Of a DNA stretch of 64,000 nt, positions 51,372 to 63,389 are shown in pieces. Position numbers and translations under genes: made by a program. The stretch's first letter is position 1. Each line of letters opens with the position of its first letter. The stretch lies in contig NC_068981.1 in assembly GCF_001194135.2 (NCBI RefSeq), forward strand, positions 162,017,955 to 162,081,954, in the 5' to 3' direction. The DNA is from Octopus bimaculoides. Lineage: Eukaryota. The notes beneath the pieces were generated by a model. It did no database searches. It was not told where the DNA came from and saw only the letters and a list, made by a program, of their open reading frames with translations.

Positions 51372-52792
51372 AAGAAATTAAAAAATATATCTGTGGTAAC
51401 TAAAAGAATAAATTAAATTAAAATGCAAAAAAGTATTTCTGAAAATTTTGAAAGATGCTGAATTCCATACGAAGAAAAAATGTAAACATAGGATTTCTAG
51501 AAAGATTAAATGCTTTTAATTAATATCTCTTAAAAATCAACTGAGATTAATTATATATTACATCAGGCAGCAATGAGAAATAACTGTTTATATGTATGTC
51601 ATCATAACTAATCTTGTTATGAAGATTGTTTGGAGGTTAAAAATCTGAGTTAAAAAGAGCATGTGGTGAAGAATTAGATCATTGAGAATTTCAGTATGAA
51701 ATGCTAGAATTGAAGAACACAGAATCTAACAATCATTCTAACCTTCTACCTGCTTATCCATCCAACCATCCATCCATCCATCTCTCCATCCATCCATTCA
51801 TTCATCCAACCAGTTTGTTTATTTATCTATCCAACCATCATCCACCCATCCATCTGTTCATCCATCCATCCATCCATCCATCCACACATCCATCCATCCA
51901 TCTTTCGACCCCTAAGTATATAGCATATTATCCTCCATTTTCTAATTGTTACACAAATTTTGGGTAAAACCTCCACTTTTACCCGCTCCCATTGATTGCA
52001 CNNNNNNNNNNNNNNNNNNNNNNNNNNNNNNNNNNNNNNNNNNNNNNNNNNNNNNNNNNNNNNNNNNNNNNNNNNNNNNNNNNNNNNNNNNNNNNNNNNN
52101 NNNNNNNNNNNNNNNNNNNNNNNNNNNNNNNNNNNNNNNNNNNNNNNNNNNNNNNNNNNNNNNNNNNNNNNNNNNNNNNNNNNNNNNNNNNNNNNNNNNN
52201 NNNNNNNNNNNNNNNNNNNNNNNNNNNNNNNNNNNNNNNNNNNNNNNNNNNNNNNNNNNNNNNNNNNNNNNNNNNNNNNNNNNNNNNNNNNNNNNNNNNN
52301 NNNNNNNNNNNNNNNNNNNNNNNNNNNNNNNNNNNNNNNNNNNNNNNNNNNNNNNNNNNNNNNNNNNNNNNNNNNNNNNNNNNNNNNNNNNNNNNNNNNN
52401 NNNNNNNNNNNNNNNNNNNNNNNNNNNNNNNNNNNNNNNNNNNNNNNNNNNNNNNNNNNNNNNNNNNNNNNNNNNNNNNNNNNNNNNNNNNNNNNNNNNN
52501 NNNNNNNNNNNNNNNNNNNNNNNNNNNNNNNNNNNNNNNNNNNNNNNNNNNNNNNNNNNNNNNNNNNNNNNNNNNNNNNNNNNNNNNNNNNNNNNNNNNN
52601 NNNNNNNNNNNNNNNNNNNNNNNNNNNNNNNNNNNNNNNNNNNNNNNNNNNNNNNNNNNNNNCCTGGGGCTAAAAGCAACAGTAACATCCACCCCTAGGG
52701 GTCAGCCACACTTAAGTGGCAATATACTACACTTTATCGTGCAGTTACTGTTAATACTTCATTTAGAGAATTAACATTGCTTATATATATAT

Positions 52793-52829
<37 letters not shown>

Positions 52830-54129
52830 CCCCTAAATATATCAATATATTTATCTCTAATCTGTCTGTCTGTCAATCCATGTACTTGTGTGCCTGCCTG
52901 TCTGCCTACTGCATATTTGCATGTCTGTTTATCTACCTAAATGTAGTTATTCCATGTTGCAAAGTGGTTTGTCTTAGGAAGGGCATCCAACCATTAAAAC
53001 CATGCTAAAAACTAATGTTCAAAGGAGACATAGAACCCACAAATAACAGTACAGGCTAATAATCTAAGAGGGCAGAAACTCTGAATTATAAAGGCGGTGA
53101 GCTGGCAGAATCGTTAGCACACTGGGAGAAATGCTTAGTGGTATTTCATCTGTCGTTACGTTCTGAGTTCAAATTCCGCTGAGGTCGACTTTGCCTTTCA
53201 TCCTTTCGGGGTCGATTAAATAAGTACCAGTTACACACTAGGGTCGATATAATCGATTTAATCCGTTTGTTTGTCCCCTCTGTGTATAGCCCCTTGTGGG
53301 TAGTAAAGAAATAGGTATTTCATCTGTCTTTCCGTTCTGAGTTCAAATTCCACCGAGGTCGACTTTGCCTTTCATCCTTTCGGGGTCGATAAATTAAGTA
53401 CCAGTTACGCACTGGTTTGTCTGTCCTTGTTTGTCCCCCCTATGTTTAGCCCCTTGTGGGCAATAAAAAATTTAAGAAACTCTGAATAACAACTGGTATA
53501 GGGTGGGCAGACAGGACTCTTTCATCCAGATTCAAATAACCTATCTAGTTCCAGTGACACAATAACATACACCCAGTCAATACTGTGAAGGCACGTGGCC
53601 CAGTGGTTAAGGTGTTGCACTCACAATCACAAAATCATGAGTTCGATTTCTGGACCAGGTAGTGCATTGTATTCTTGAGCAAAATGCTTCATTTTACTTT
53701 GCTCCAGTCCACTCAGCTGTAAAAAGGTAACCTCATGACAAACTAGCATCTTTTTCAAGGGGGATATTATGATTTCAGTCAATTATATTTTATGGAAACT
53801 AGGTTGGCGCCTTTGGGTCCTAGGACTCAAGATAGTAATGTCCAAGAGTCGATATGATGGTGAGTCAATGCTGTAAGGCATATTGCTGTTATGAAATTGA
53901 TTGATTTTTTTCTCTTTTGCTATGTATGATACCAGATGAGGAAGATCACAACGTGGGGTGGACGAGTCATTTGAAGACCAGTCTAATGAAGAAGTAGATG
54001 ATGACAACAACATCAATGACTATGATGAGGATGATAATGATGATGATGATGATGATGATGATGGTGGGGGGAGGAGGAGGAGAAGGAGGAGGAGGAGGAG
54101 GAGGAGGTTGAGGTGGCGATGAGATGACT

Positions 54130-54710
54130 GTTTCAAATGGCTTTTGACATCCAAATGAAATGCTTTAATGAATAACAGTGATGTGATTTTTTTCTTCTTT
54201 TTTTGATGGGGAATTACATTGGCAATGATAAAACAACCCATCATGATGGTTATCTTTTTCTTTCAAGATCATAGCTGTTCACTCACATTTTATCGCCTAA
54301 TAGGATACCTTTACAAAGAATTTTCACCTGTTGATTACAGTGAATGATCAAAAAGCTCTTGATTGTGAATCAGTTCTCTTTTTTTTCCCCCCCCTCTTTC
54401 AGCAGATGTTACAACAGAATCCATCTTCAGTTTTTCTTTTAGGATCATGTGATATCAGTTTTTACAGAATTCTACTTCAGAAAATTCATTGGCAGTTGGG
54501 CAATGATTTTCACGGGTCACAGCATGCCCGTTCACAAATTGATCGTTAGCTGTTGTCATGAAAAAAGTTGTCCACATTTGGAGTCATATTTAGGGGACAT
54601 ACTTGCCAATTTGAAGTGCTGGTACCATTTGTGACATTGTGTGTGGTTCAAACAATCAGCCCCCTCTGTTGGCCCTTTGCAACTTTAGAAAAGTTTCAGC
54701 AAAAGTTCTT
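54130..54710 (-). mobile_element. Highly decayed mariner transposase N-terminal half
   Basis: AETFLKLQRA...TQCHKWYQHFK and LGDKM*VNSYDLEK (TGDETWVYGYDPE-like). Confidence 0.6.
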
Positions 54711-54715
54711 CCATG

Positions 54716-54751
<36 letters not shown>

Positions 54752-54829
54752 ACTTCATCATCATTGTCATCATCGTCGTCGTCATCAACATCATCCTCAT
54801 CATCAACTTCATCATCATCGTCATTGTCG

Positions 54830-54862
<33 letters not shown>

Positions 54863-54890
54863 ACTTCATCATCATCATCATCATCATCAA

Positions 54891-54931
<41 letters not shown>

Positions 54932-55557
54932 ACTTCATCGACATCGTCATCATCATCATCATCATCATCATCACCATCATCATCATTATGATACTTTAAC
55001 ATCCATTGTCCATGCTGGCATCGGTTGGATGGTTTGACCAGGGCTGGCAAGCAGGAGAGCTGCACCAGGTTCCAGTCTGATTTAGCCTGGTTTCTATGGC
55101 TGGACGCTCTTCCTAACGCCAACCACTTTACAGAGTGTGCTGGATGCTTTCTACAGGGCATTGACATGGATGCTTTTATGTAGCACCAGCACAGGTATTT
55201 TCTATGTGGCACTGGTACAGGTGCTTTTAATGTGGCCCAAGCACAAGGCTCTTGCAGACCTATCCTCTTCAACAGGATTGGATGAAGCAAAATTACAAAC
55301 AAGCATATTGTTCTTTCAAATCTTTCTTTACTCTTTTTATTCTTTTACACTTTTACTTGTTTCAGTCATTTGACTGTGGCCATGCTGGAGCACCGTCTTT
55401 TAGTCAAATAAATCGACCCCCAAGATTTATTCTTTGTAAGTCTAGTACTTATTCTATCGGTCTCTTTTTGCTGAACTGCTAAGTTACGGGGACGTAAACA
55501 CACCAGCATTGGTTGTCAAGCGATGTTGGAAGGACAAACACAGACGCACACACATAT

Positions 55558-55604
<47 letters not shown>

Positions 55605-56499
55605 TACGACGGGCTTCTTTCAGTTTCTGTCTACCAAATCCACTCACAAGGCTTTGGTCAGCCTGAGGCTATAGTAGAAGACACTTGCCCAAGGTGCCAT
55701 GCAGTGGGACTGAACCCAGAACCATGTGGTTGGTAAGCAAGCTACTTACCACACAGCCACTAACTTTTCGTAAATCACCCAAGTGAACTAAACATATATT
55801 CACTCTAACATGTGTAAATCAATGACAAACTGATGTGACATGATGTGGCTATTATTTGAACCAGGGTCAAGAAGGGATAAACCTTAAATACTTTCATAGT
55901 TAAAACTTCTGATTAAAAAGCAGATCAGAAGCCTTAGCTAAATATAAATACTTGTTATTGAACTGCAGAGTAGCTCCTTCATGAAAAAATTTTAACCAAA
56001 GTTACTGTTCCACAATATGGGTTACGTTTCCTCGATGAAACGTCAGGGAATATTCATATATTAGTTTATAAGTTCATAAATTTGTTTTGATCTTGTTGAA
56101 TTAGTAGGAAAATGCTAGTTATTGGGTTGATAAAATTGTTTTTCAAGAGAAGCAACAATAAGACAAAGATGAAATCAAAATAGAGCTGGGACCAAACTTT
56201 CAATTGCAGACAATTAAATACATATTTTGAAGCAAAGCTACAGTTCAGCAAATGCTTTGAAATTGAAGAAAGTATTTATTGCCTTACGCGAAAATGTTTA
56301 TATATATGTTGTAAGGTTGTAGAATTACGTAGAAAAGAAATTAAACTGATTATAATAGAAGAGTCAGAAATGCACAAGTAACAAGAGTCTTTTAAAGCTT
56401 GAAGGTGGAATCATGAGTAGAGGAGAAGAACGTTAATGAGTCAAACAATTTCTAAATCATCAAATAATAAGGATATAATATATATATGTATGTATATAT

Positions 56500-58367
56500 A
56501 TGTAGGTATAAGTTAGAGGTGTTTAAAAACCTCCGAGGGATGGTTAAATCCAAAGGCATGCCTAGCGATTAGCTGCGTAGTTTAAATTATATGTAAGAAG
56601 AAAATGGAGGAAAAATAACAAGAAGAAGCTGATCGTTTGTGCTAGTAAGCCATTTATTTAATTAATTAATAAAGAAAAGTGGTAGTAATAGTACATTTAC
56701 GATCATTTCTGTTTACCAGATGTGGTGGTAGACATCATCAGAATGCATAGTCATATATAGAAGTAAGAAGAGCGAAAGATATAGGGATCCATGGGTAATG
56801 AGAATAATGGGTTGTGTAAAGTGAGTGGGGGTTTGGAGGTGAATGATTGTGTGTAAGTAGTTTAAGTGGTTCCTGGCTAAATAGGATTATTTACATGAAA
56901 AAGCTAGGGTAGGATTTGTACAGGGTGAAGCTAGATTGATGTATGTTGTACCTAAGTACCAGTTGGTTTTTCGTGGCTCCTATATAAGATTTTATAAGTT
57001 TATTTATTTGTGTGTACATCACATTGGTAAACTACGTTTCTAGTTTTACATCTATTAGAAAATTGGCACTTACTTCTATCCCTGCAGCCACATAAATTAT
57101 TAGGTATATCTGTGTCCGTGTTATGTTGTGGGGAGGGGGGGAATTACTACTCTGGTCTCTCCTGTGTTACTAGGAGGCGCTTCATTAATGGTGGGATTTG
57201 TTCTATTAGTCTGTCGGTTGTTAGATTTATTGTTCCTAATTTTCCTAGCTTCATAGAATGTGTCTAGGTTTTTTTATTATTAATCGAGGCTATGATGGTA
57301 GCTAGGTTACTAGTCAGGCTGTGGCCTACTCTAATTTTATACCTAAACATTCCTGCATATTTATTATTTACGTTTAAGTGTTTATCTATTATTTTCATTA
57401 ATGAGTGAACTATGTTGGATTTGGGGTGCATGGCGAAAGGAATTACGAGCCAGATCTTATCACTATTGCATTTATTGTTAGTATTGCTATGTCTGGTATA
57501 GAAACTACCCTCATTGTTTGTAAAGCATGTGGAATTATAGTTATGGCTATTATTGAGTTTATTCCTATAGTTGGGATTATCTTTACTATTGCTCCTGTCT
57601 ATTTTATTGGGGTTATTTCCGTATGGTTTATGTGGACTGAATGACCTGATATTATGGTTTTTAACAGGGTTTATCTTTGTTCTTTGAGGCTCATTATTTT
57701 TATTCTTATCCATGTGTAGGTTTATATTATTCTTATTATAGCTATTATCATTTTTCAAATTATTTTTATAATTCCTGTTATTAGTCTTGTTAATGTTGTT
57801 AATTTTATTGATAATCACATTGTTAGTGTTTATATTGTCGTTCTTTGTAATATTATTGGTGATTTGTGTATAGGACTTAACATTGTTTCTATTGCTATTA
57901 TTCTTATTGAGCTTATCTATGCTGTTCTTATTGTTGGTGTAGTTTGTAGTGACGTTTGGTGTGTGGTTAGTGTTAATGGTATTATCGTGTTGATTTCTGT
58001 TATTTAGGTTATTTGCATAGTGATTGGGGTCTAGGTATTTAATCTTTTGTTTAAATCCTGCTTTATCTAGTGCGATATTATAGATTTTCTTATACTTATT
58101 AAAAATATGTTGGTTGGATGAGAGGCATGATATTCTATTGCTAATGCTATGTACTAAACCTCTCTTAATAAAGTTTGGATCCCTATATCTTTCGCTCTTC
58201 TTACCTCTACATAAGACTAAGAATTCTGATGATGTCTGCCACTACAACTGGTAAACAAAACGATTGTAAATGTACTATTACTACCATTTTTCTTTATTAA
58301 TTAATTAAATTAATGGCTTACTAACAGAAACGACCAACTTCATCCTGTTATTTTCCCTCCATTTTCT

Positions 58368-58373
<6 letters not shown>
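56500..58373 (-). mobile_element. Penelope-like element, 5'-truncated: RT thumb/linker, GIY-YIG endonuclease and inverted pLTRs with hammerheads
   Basis: Frame open from ~58180 to 57264: PNFIKRGLVHSISNRISCLSSNQHIFNKYKKIYNIALDKAGFKQKIKY...KIWLVIPF...IIDKHL...KYAGMF...IRVGHSLTSNLATIIASINNKK; then CGCRDRSKCQFSNRCKTRNVVYQC...YIGATKNQLVLRYNIHQSSF (from ~57092, frameshifted); arms 56593-56790 and 58177-58373 are inverted. Confidence 0.9.
56693..56746 (-). ncRNA. Minimal type I hammerhead motif in the 3' pLTR (inverted copy at 58221-58273 +)
   Basis: GCAUU CUGAUGA UGUCUACCA CCACAUC UGGUAAACA GAAA UGAUCG UA AAUGU; the two-copy consensus stem III is the palindrome ACGAUCGU; GUA triplet. Confidence 0.75.
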
Positions 58374-58415
<42 letters not shown>

Positions 58416-58421
58416 GTATGT

Positions 58422-58985
58422 ATCTGGCCGAGTAAAGAGTAAGTAACATTTTAAAACATGTAATTCATCACAATATATTTCAACAATGTGGAAATGTTAT
58501 TCATCAAAGTAAGTACAATTACAATCAACATACTTTTGCCAATGAGTTACAAGTTTGTTTATTCCAGTAACATAAAAATCTGGAGATCTGGAACTGATGA
58601 ACTCCTTTGAATGCACTTTCAGCATTGGTTTGATTTTTGAACTCCTTCTCTTGCAGGAAACCATCGAGGTGCTTGAAAGAGTGGGAGTCGGCAGGAGAAA
58701 GGTCTGGGGAATAAGCTGGGTGGGGAAGAACTTTGTAGCCAAGTTCCTTCAACTTCTGGAGTGTCATTAGTGAAACATGTGGTTGAGCATTGTCATGAAG
58801 AATGATTGGCCCTCTTCTGTTGACCAGTCTGGGATGGAGGAGTAGTAGTTTTTCATTCATTTTGGCAATTTCATGGCAATATGTTTCTACAGTAATGGTT
58901 TTTCCAGGTTTTAAGAACTTATAGTGGATGAGTCCAGCAGTACACCACCAAACAGTCACCATAACCTTCTTTTTGAAGAGCTCAG
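58422..58985 (-). mobile_element. Mariner (DD34D, Hsmar1-like) transposase 3' half, frameshifted
   Basis: KVMVTVWW...IILHDNAQPH...LPHPAYSPDLSPAD, continuing in another frame GINKLVTHWQKYVD..YFDE*. Confidence 0.95.
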
Positions 58986-60380
58986 GTTTATATATATATA
59001 TATGTGTGTGCATGTGTGTGTGTGTGTGTGTNNNNNNNNNNNNNNNNNNNNNNNNNNNNNNNNNNNNNNNNNNNNNNNNNNNNNNNNNNNNNNNNNNNNN
59101 NNNNNNNNNNNNNNNNNNNNNNNNNNNNNNNNNNNNNNNNNNNNNNNNNNNNNNNNNNNNNNNNNNNNNNNNNNNNNNNNNNNNNNNNNNNNNNNNNNNN
59201 NNNNNNNNNNNNNNNNNNNNNNNNNNNNNNNNNNNNNNNNNNNNNNNNNNNNNNNNNNNNNNNNNNNNNNNNNNNNNNNNNNNNNNNNNNNNNNNNNNNN
59301 NNNNNNNNNNNNNNNNNNNNNNNNNNNNNNNNNNNNNNNNNNNNNNNNNNNNNNNNNNNNNNNNNNNNNNNNNNNNNNNNNNNNNNNNNNNNNNNNNNNN
59401 NNNNNNNNNNNNNNNNNNNNNNNNNNNNNNNNNNNNNNNNNNNNNNNNNNNNNNNNNNNNNNNNNNNNNNNNNNNNNNNNNNNNNNNNNNNNNNNNNNNN
59501 NNNNNNNNNNNNNNNNNNNNNNNNNNNNNNNNNNNNNNNNNNNNNNNNNNNNNNNNNNNNNNNNNNNNNNNNNNNNNNNNNNNNNNNNNNNNNNNNNNNN
59601 NNNNNNNNNNNNNNNNNNNNNNNNNNNNNNNNNNNNNNNNNNNNNNNNNNNNNNNNNNNNNNNNNNNNNNNNNNNNNNNNNNNNNNNNNNNNNNNNNNNN
59701 NNNNNNNNNNNNNNNNNNNNNNNNNNNNNNNNNNNNNNNNNNNNNNNNNNNNNNNNNNNNNNNNNNNNNNNNNNNNNNNNNNNNNNNNNNNNNNNNNNNN
59801 NNNNNNNNNNNNNNNNNNNNNNNNNNNNNNNNNNNNNNNNNNNNNNNNNNNNNNNNNNNNNNNNNNNNNNNNNNNNNNNNNNNNNNNNNNNNNNNNNNTT
59901 ATGTCCCCGTAACTTAGCGGTTCGGCAAAAGAGACCGATAGAATAAGTACTAGGCTTCTAAAGAATAAGTCCTGGGGTCGATTTGCTCGACTAAAGGTGG
60001 TGCTCCAGCATGGCCACAGTCAAAAGACTGAAACAAGTAAAATAAAAAATAGTAAAATAATATATATATAGTGAGAATTTACAAAAAAAAAACAAGACAA
60101 AATCGGGTGTATAAACAACAAACAGATGTATTAGTTTATATATATATATATGTGTGTGCATGTGTGTGTGTGTGTGTGTGTGTGTGCTAGTGTCAGCATC
60201 ATGCAAGTGGTGTCCTTCATTTCCACTTTTCAGTACAAACATGCCTGGTTGTGGGGGAAAATGTTACCTTATATGGGAACAAGTGAAAGTTGGTGATAAG
60301 AAGTGTATCCAGCTGTAGAAAACCTGCCACCACAGACTGCATCCACCACAAGCAAGCATAGAAAAGTGAACATTAAAACA

Positions 60381-60433
<53 letters not shown>

Positions 60434-61014
60434 ACTGAAGCAAGAGTCTAGTAAGTATGAAGTAATGAGGGATAGATGCTGAAACTGGTAATGTAGAGTA
60501 AAACGAGGAAATATAATATGGAAATCATACATCTCTGTAAAGCATGCAATAAAGAGGGAAGGAGGAACTGGATAATTACATTAAATACTAAATTACATAG
60601 ATAGGGAAGAATGCAAGTATGGAAAGCATGAGAGAGGAGAATTGAGTTGGAACAGACAAACCAGAAACAGAAGACCAAGTAAAAGAGGGACACCAATGAA
60701 AATAGGTATTCAGGAGAGCAAATGTTAGCAAATAATGTGTGAGAGTTACAGAAACATAAAGCAAATAAACTCAAATAACGAACCATGCTAGCAGGAATAT
60801 ACCAGATTAAGGCCATGACCATACAATTTCTCACATATAAATCCTTCCATCCAGGAAGACAAATGAGTCAAGCAAAACGTTTCACAACAATGTAAAACAG
60901 CAGTAGCTCTGAAACACAAGCAACAACAACAATAATAACAACAACAATGACTAAAATGAAGAGATATAGAAAATGCGAATCACCATATGCATACAGGTGT
61001 ATGTATGCACATGC

Positions 61015-61053
<39 letters not shown>

Positions 61054-61363
61054 AAGAGAGGAGCAGATTAATATTGTGAACATAGAGAAAAATAAAGTAC
61101 ACTCACAGGAATACACTTACATGCTGGAACCAACATAGGTGTATCAACAAACATGTGCTAGCATGCAATTATAGCAACACAAACAAACACGCAGAAACAG
61201 ATGTGCAACAGCAAGCAACTACAGATAACAACATTGACTTTTAAGCTCATAGGCCAGTGCTGATGCAGTTATAAAAATGCACACACATCTAAAATGTGGC
61301 AACACAAACCAATACATATATATGTGCATAGATACACACATGTATATACATATACATATAATA

Positions 61364-61619
61364 ATAAATAAATGCGCCCTTTTAAAGCCTAGCCAGGCTC
61401 ATGGGCCCGGCTTCCCAGTTTCAATGGCGTATGTGTTCCCCAGCTGGATGGGACGCCAGTCCATCGCAGCGTTACTCATTTTTGCCAGCTGAGTGAACTG
61501 GAGCAACGTGAAATGAAGTGTTTTGCTCAAGAACACAACGTGTCGCACAGTCCAGGAATCGAAACCACAATCTTATGATCATAGTGCTGACACCCTAACC
61601 ACTAAGCCACGCGCCTCCA
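61364..61619 (-). mobile_element. tRNA-derived SINE family D (5' fragment also at ~53587-53760 +)
   Basis: Head ggaggcgcgtggcttagtggttagggtg...gtttcgattcc; central ttcttgagcaaaacacttcatttcacgttgctccagttcactcagctgg; distinct 3' tail. Confidence 0.9.
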
Positions 61620-61996
61620 CATATACATATACTCCTAATATATTTTCCAATGCTTCTTATTAACTATAATAACTGCATATAATCAGGAATGGCTGGGTAG
61701 TTAAGAAATGTGCTTTGTAGTCATGTAGTTTTGGTTTCAGTCCTTATGAACAGCATCTTACGTAAGTGTCTTCTATGAGTAGAGCTGCAGGTGACCTATG
61801 CTTTGTAAGTGAATTTGATGAATGAAAGCTGCATAAAATTGATAGATAGATAAATAGATATATACATATATACACACATACATATACATACATGACACAC
61901 ACTCACACACATGTGCATGCATACAGGTTTGGTGATAAGTGCCAGTGCATGAAACCCTTGACCTTTGATTTATTCTGTAACTTCTAACAATTACTA

Positions 61997-62029
<33 letters not shown>

Positions 62030-62334
62030 NNNNNNNNNNNNNNNNNNNNNNNNNNNNNNNNNNNNNNNNNNNNNNNNNNNNNNNNNNNNNNNNNNNNNNN
62101 NNNNNNNNNNNNNNNNNNNNNNNNNNNNNNNNNNNNNNNNNNNNNNNNNNNNNNNNNNNNNNNNNNNNNNNNNNNNNNNNNNNNNNNNNNNNNNNNNNNN
62201 NNNNNNNNNNNNNNNNNNNNNNNNNNNNNNNNNNNNNNNNNNNNNNNNNNNNNNNNNNNNNNNNNNNNNNNTATATATATATATATATACAATTAAACCT
62301 TGGGAGAGGCATTATGCCGGTAATAATACACATA

Positions 62335-62376
<42 letters not shown>

Positions 62377-62420
62377 CTGACCATACATACTCAATGTATG
62401 TGTTTTGTTTGTTTGCTGAT

Positions 62421-63389
62421 TCGCTGCAATATAGTGCCTGAGGGATGACTCTCATTACACTGGGTGTTAAAACACCGGAAATTCATAGACAGGTGAGACA
62501 ATTCACTTTCAATTGAATTCAGGAGTGAGGGATACCAATACTTCACCATTTTTGTGTCTAATCAACATTACATATCTGAATCAAACTGGAGTCATATCAA
62601 ATCGCCAGTCTATGACAATATGCAAATAGTGTAAAATCTATTTGCTGGTATGCATGGCAATACATATGTAAGATTAAATTCAGTAATGAATTATAAGTAG
62701 TACTAGTGTTGTAAAAATTATTGATTGTACTCATATGCATACCAGCAAATAATTTTTACACTATTTACATATAGGCATAGATTGGTGATTCAATTTATTC
62801 CTGGTTCGATTCAGGTATGTAATGGTGATAAGCCGGGCTGTATTAAGACCCATCAAGACTCTAAGCACTTAAAAGATTTTGGTACTCCCATCAAAGATTA
62901 TGTAATTCAAAATACAAACAATAATAAACCATAAAATAAATTCTTATTTTTCAAAATGAAACAAAGCAGTAAGAGGGAAAATAATGTTTGTTTTTGTATA
63001 CTTCCGCTTTATTTGTATTTGAAAAGTTTCCTCCTAGTTTTTTGAACTGCAAAGTCTTTGATCAAATCCTCAAAATTAATCTTAGGTAACACATCTGCAT
63101 CTATACTTAGTAGAGATAAAGGCATCCCGAATATTATTTTAGCAAATTTAAAGTGATTTCTTTTCTACCATTTCTGTGGTATCCCCTCCTCTCCTTGATA
63201 CCTTAAGCATGTGCTTATTTTGCTTTATGATTAATCTAGTGCTGGTGATAAGTCACAAAAATGGTAAAATATTGGTATCCATCACTCCTAAAAGGTATCA
63301 GAGGCAAGTTGTCTCACCCTTCTAAAACATTCAGGTGTTTTGACACCCATCGTAATGAGAGTCATCCCTCAGGTGCTATATCTCAGTGA
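62421..63389. mobile_element. Unclassified ~970-bp element with ~140-bp diverged terminal inverted repeats
   Basis: 62421-62565 aligns by eye to the reverse complement of ~63245-63389 (cctgagggatgactctcattac...ggataccaata...accatttttgtg). Confidence 0.65.

Noticed and set aside
54402-54634. Strong + strand acceptor with 60-70-aa ORFs
   Set aside because: The region is the antisense of a decayed mariner transposase.
56015-56055. acgtttc-ctcgat-gaaacgtc-aggg hairpin resembling a hammerhead 3' half
   Set aside because: No convincing CUGANGA or stem I partner upstream on either strand.
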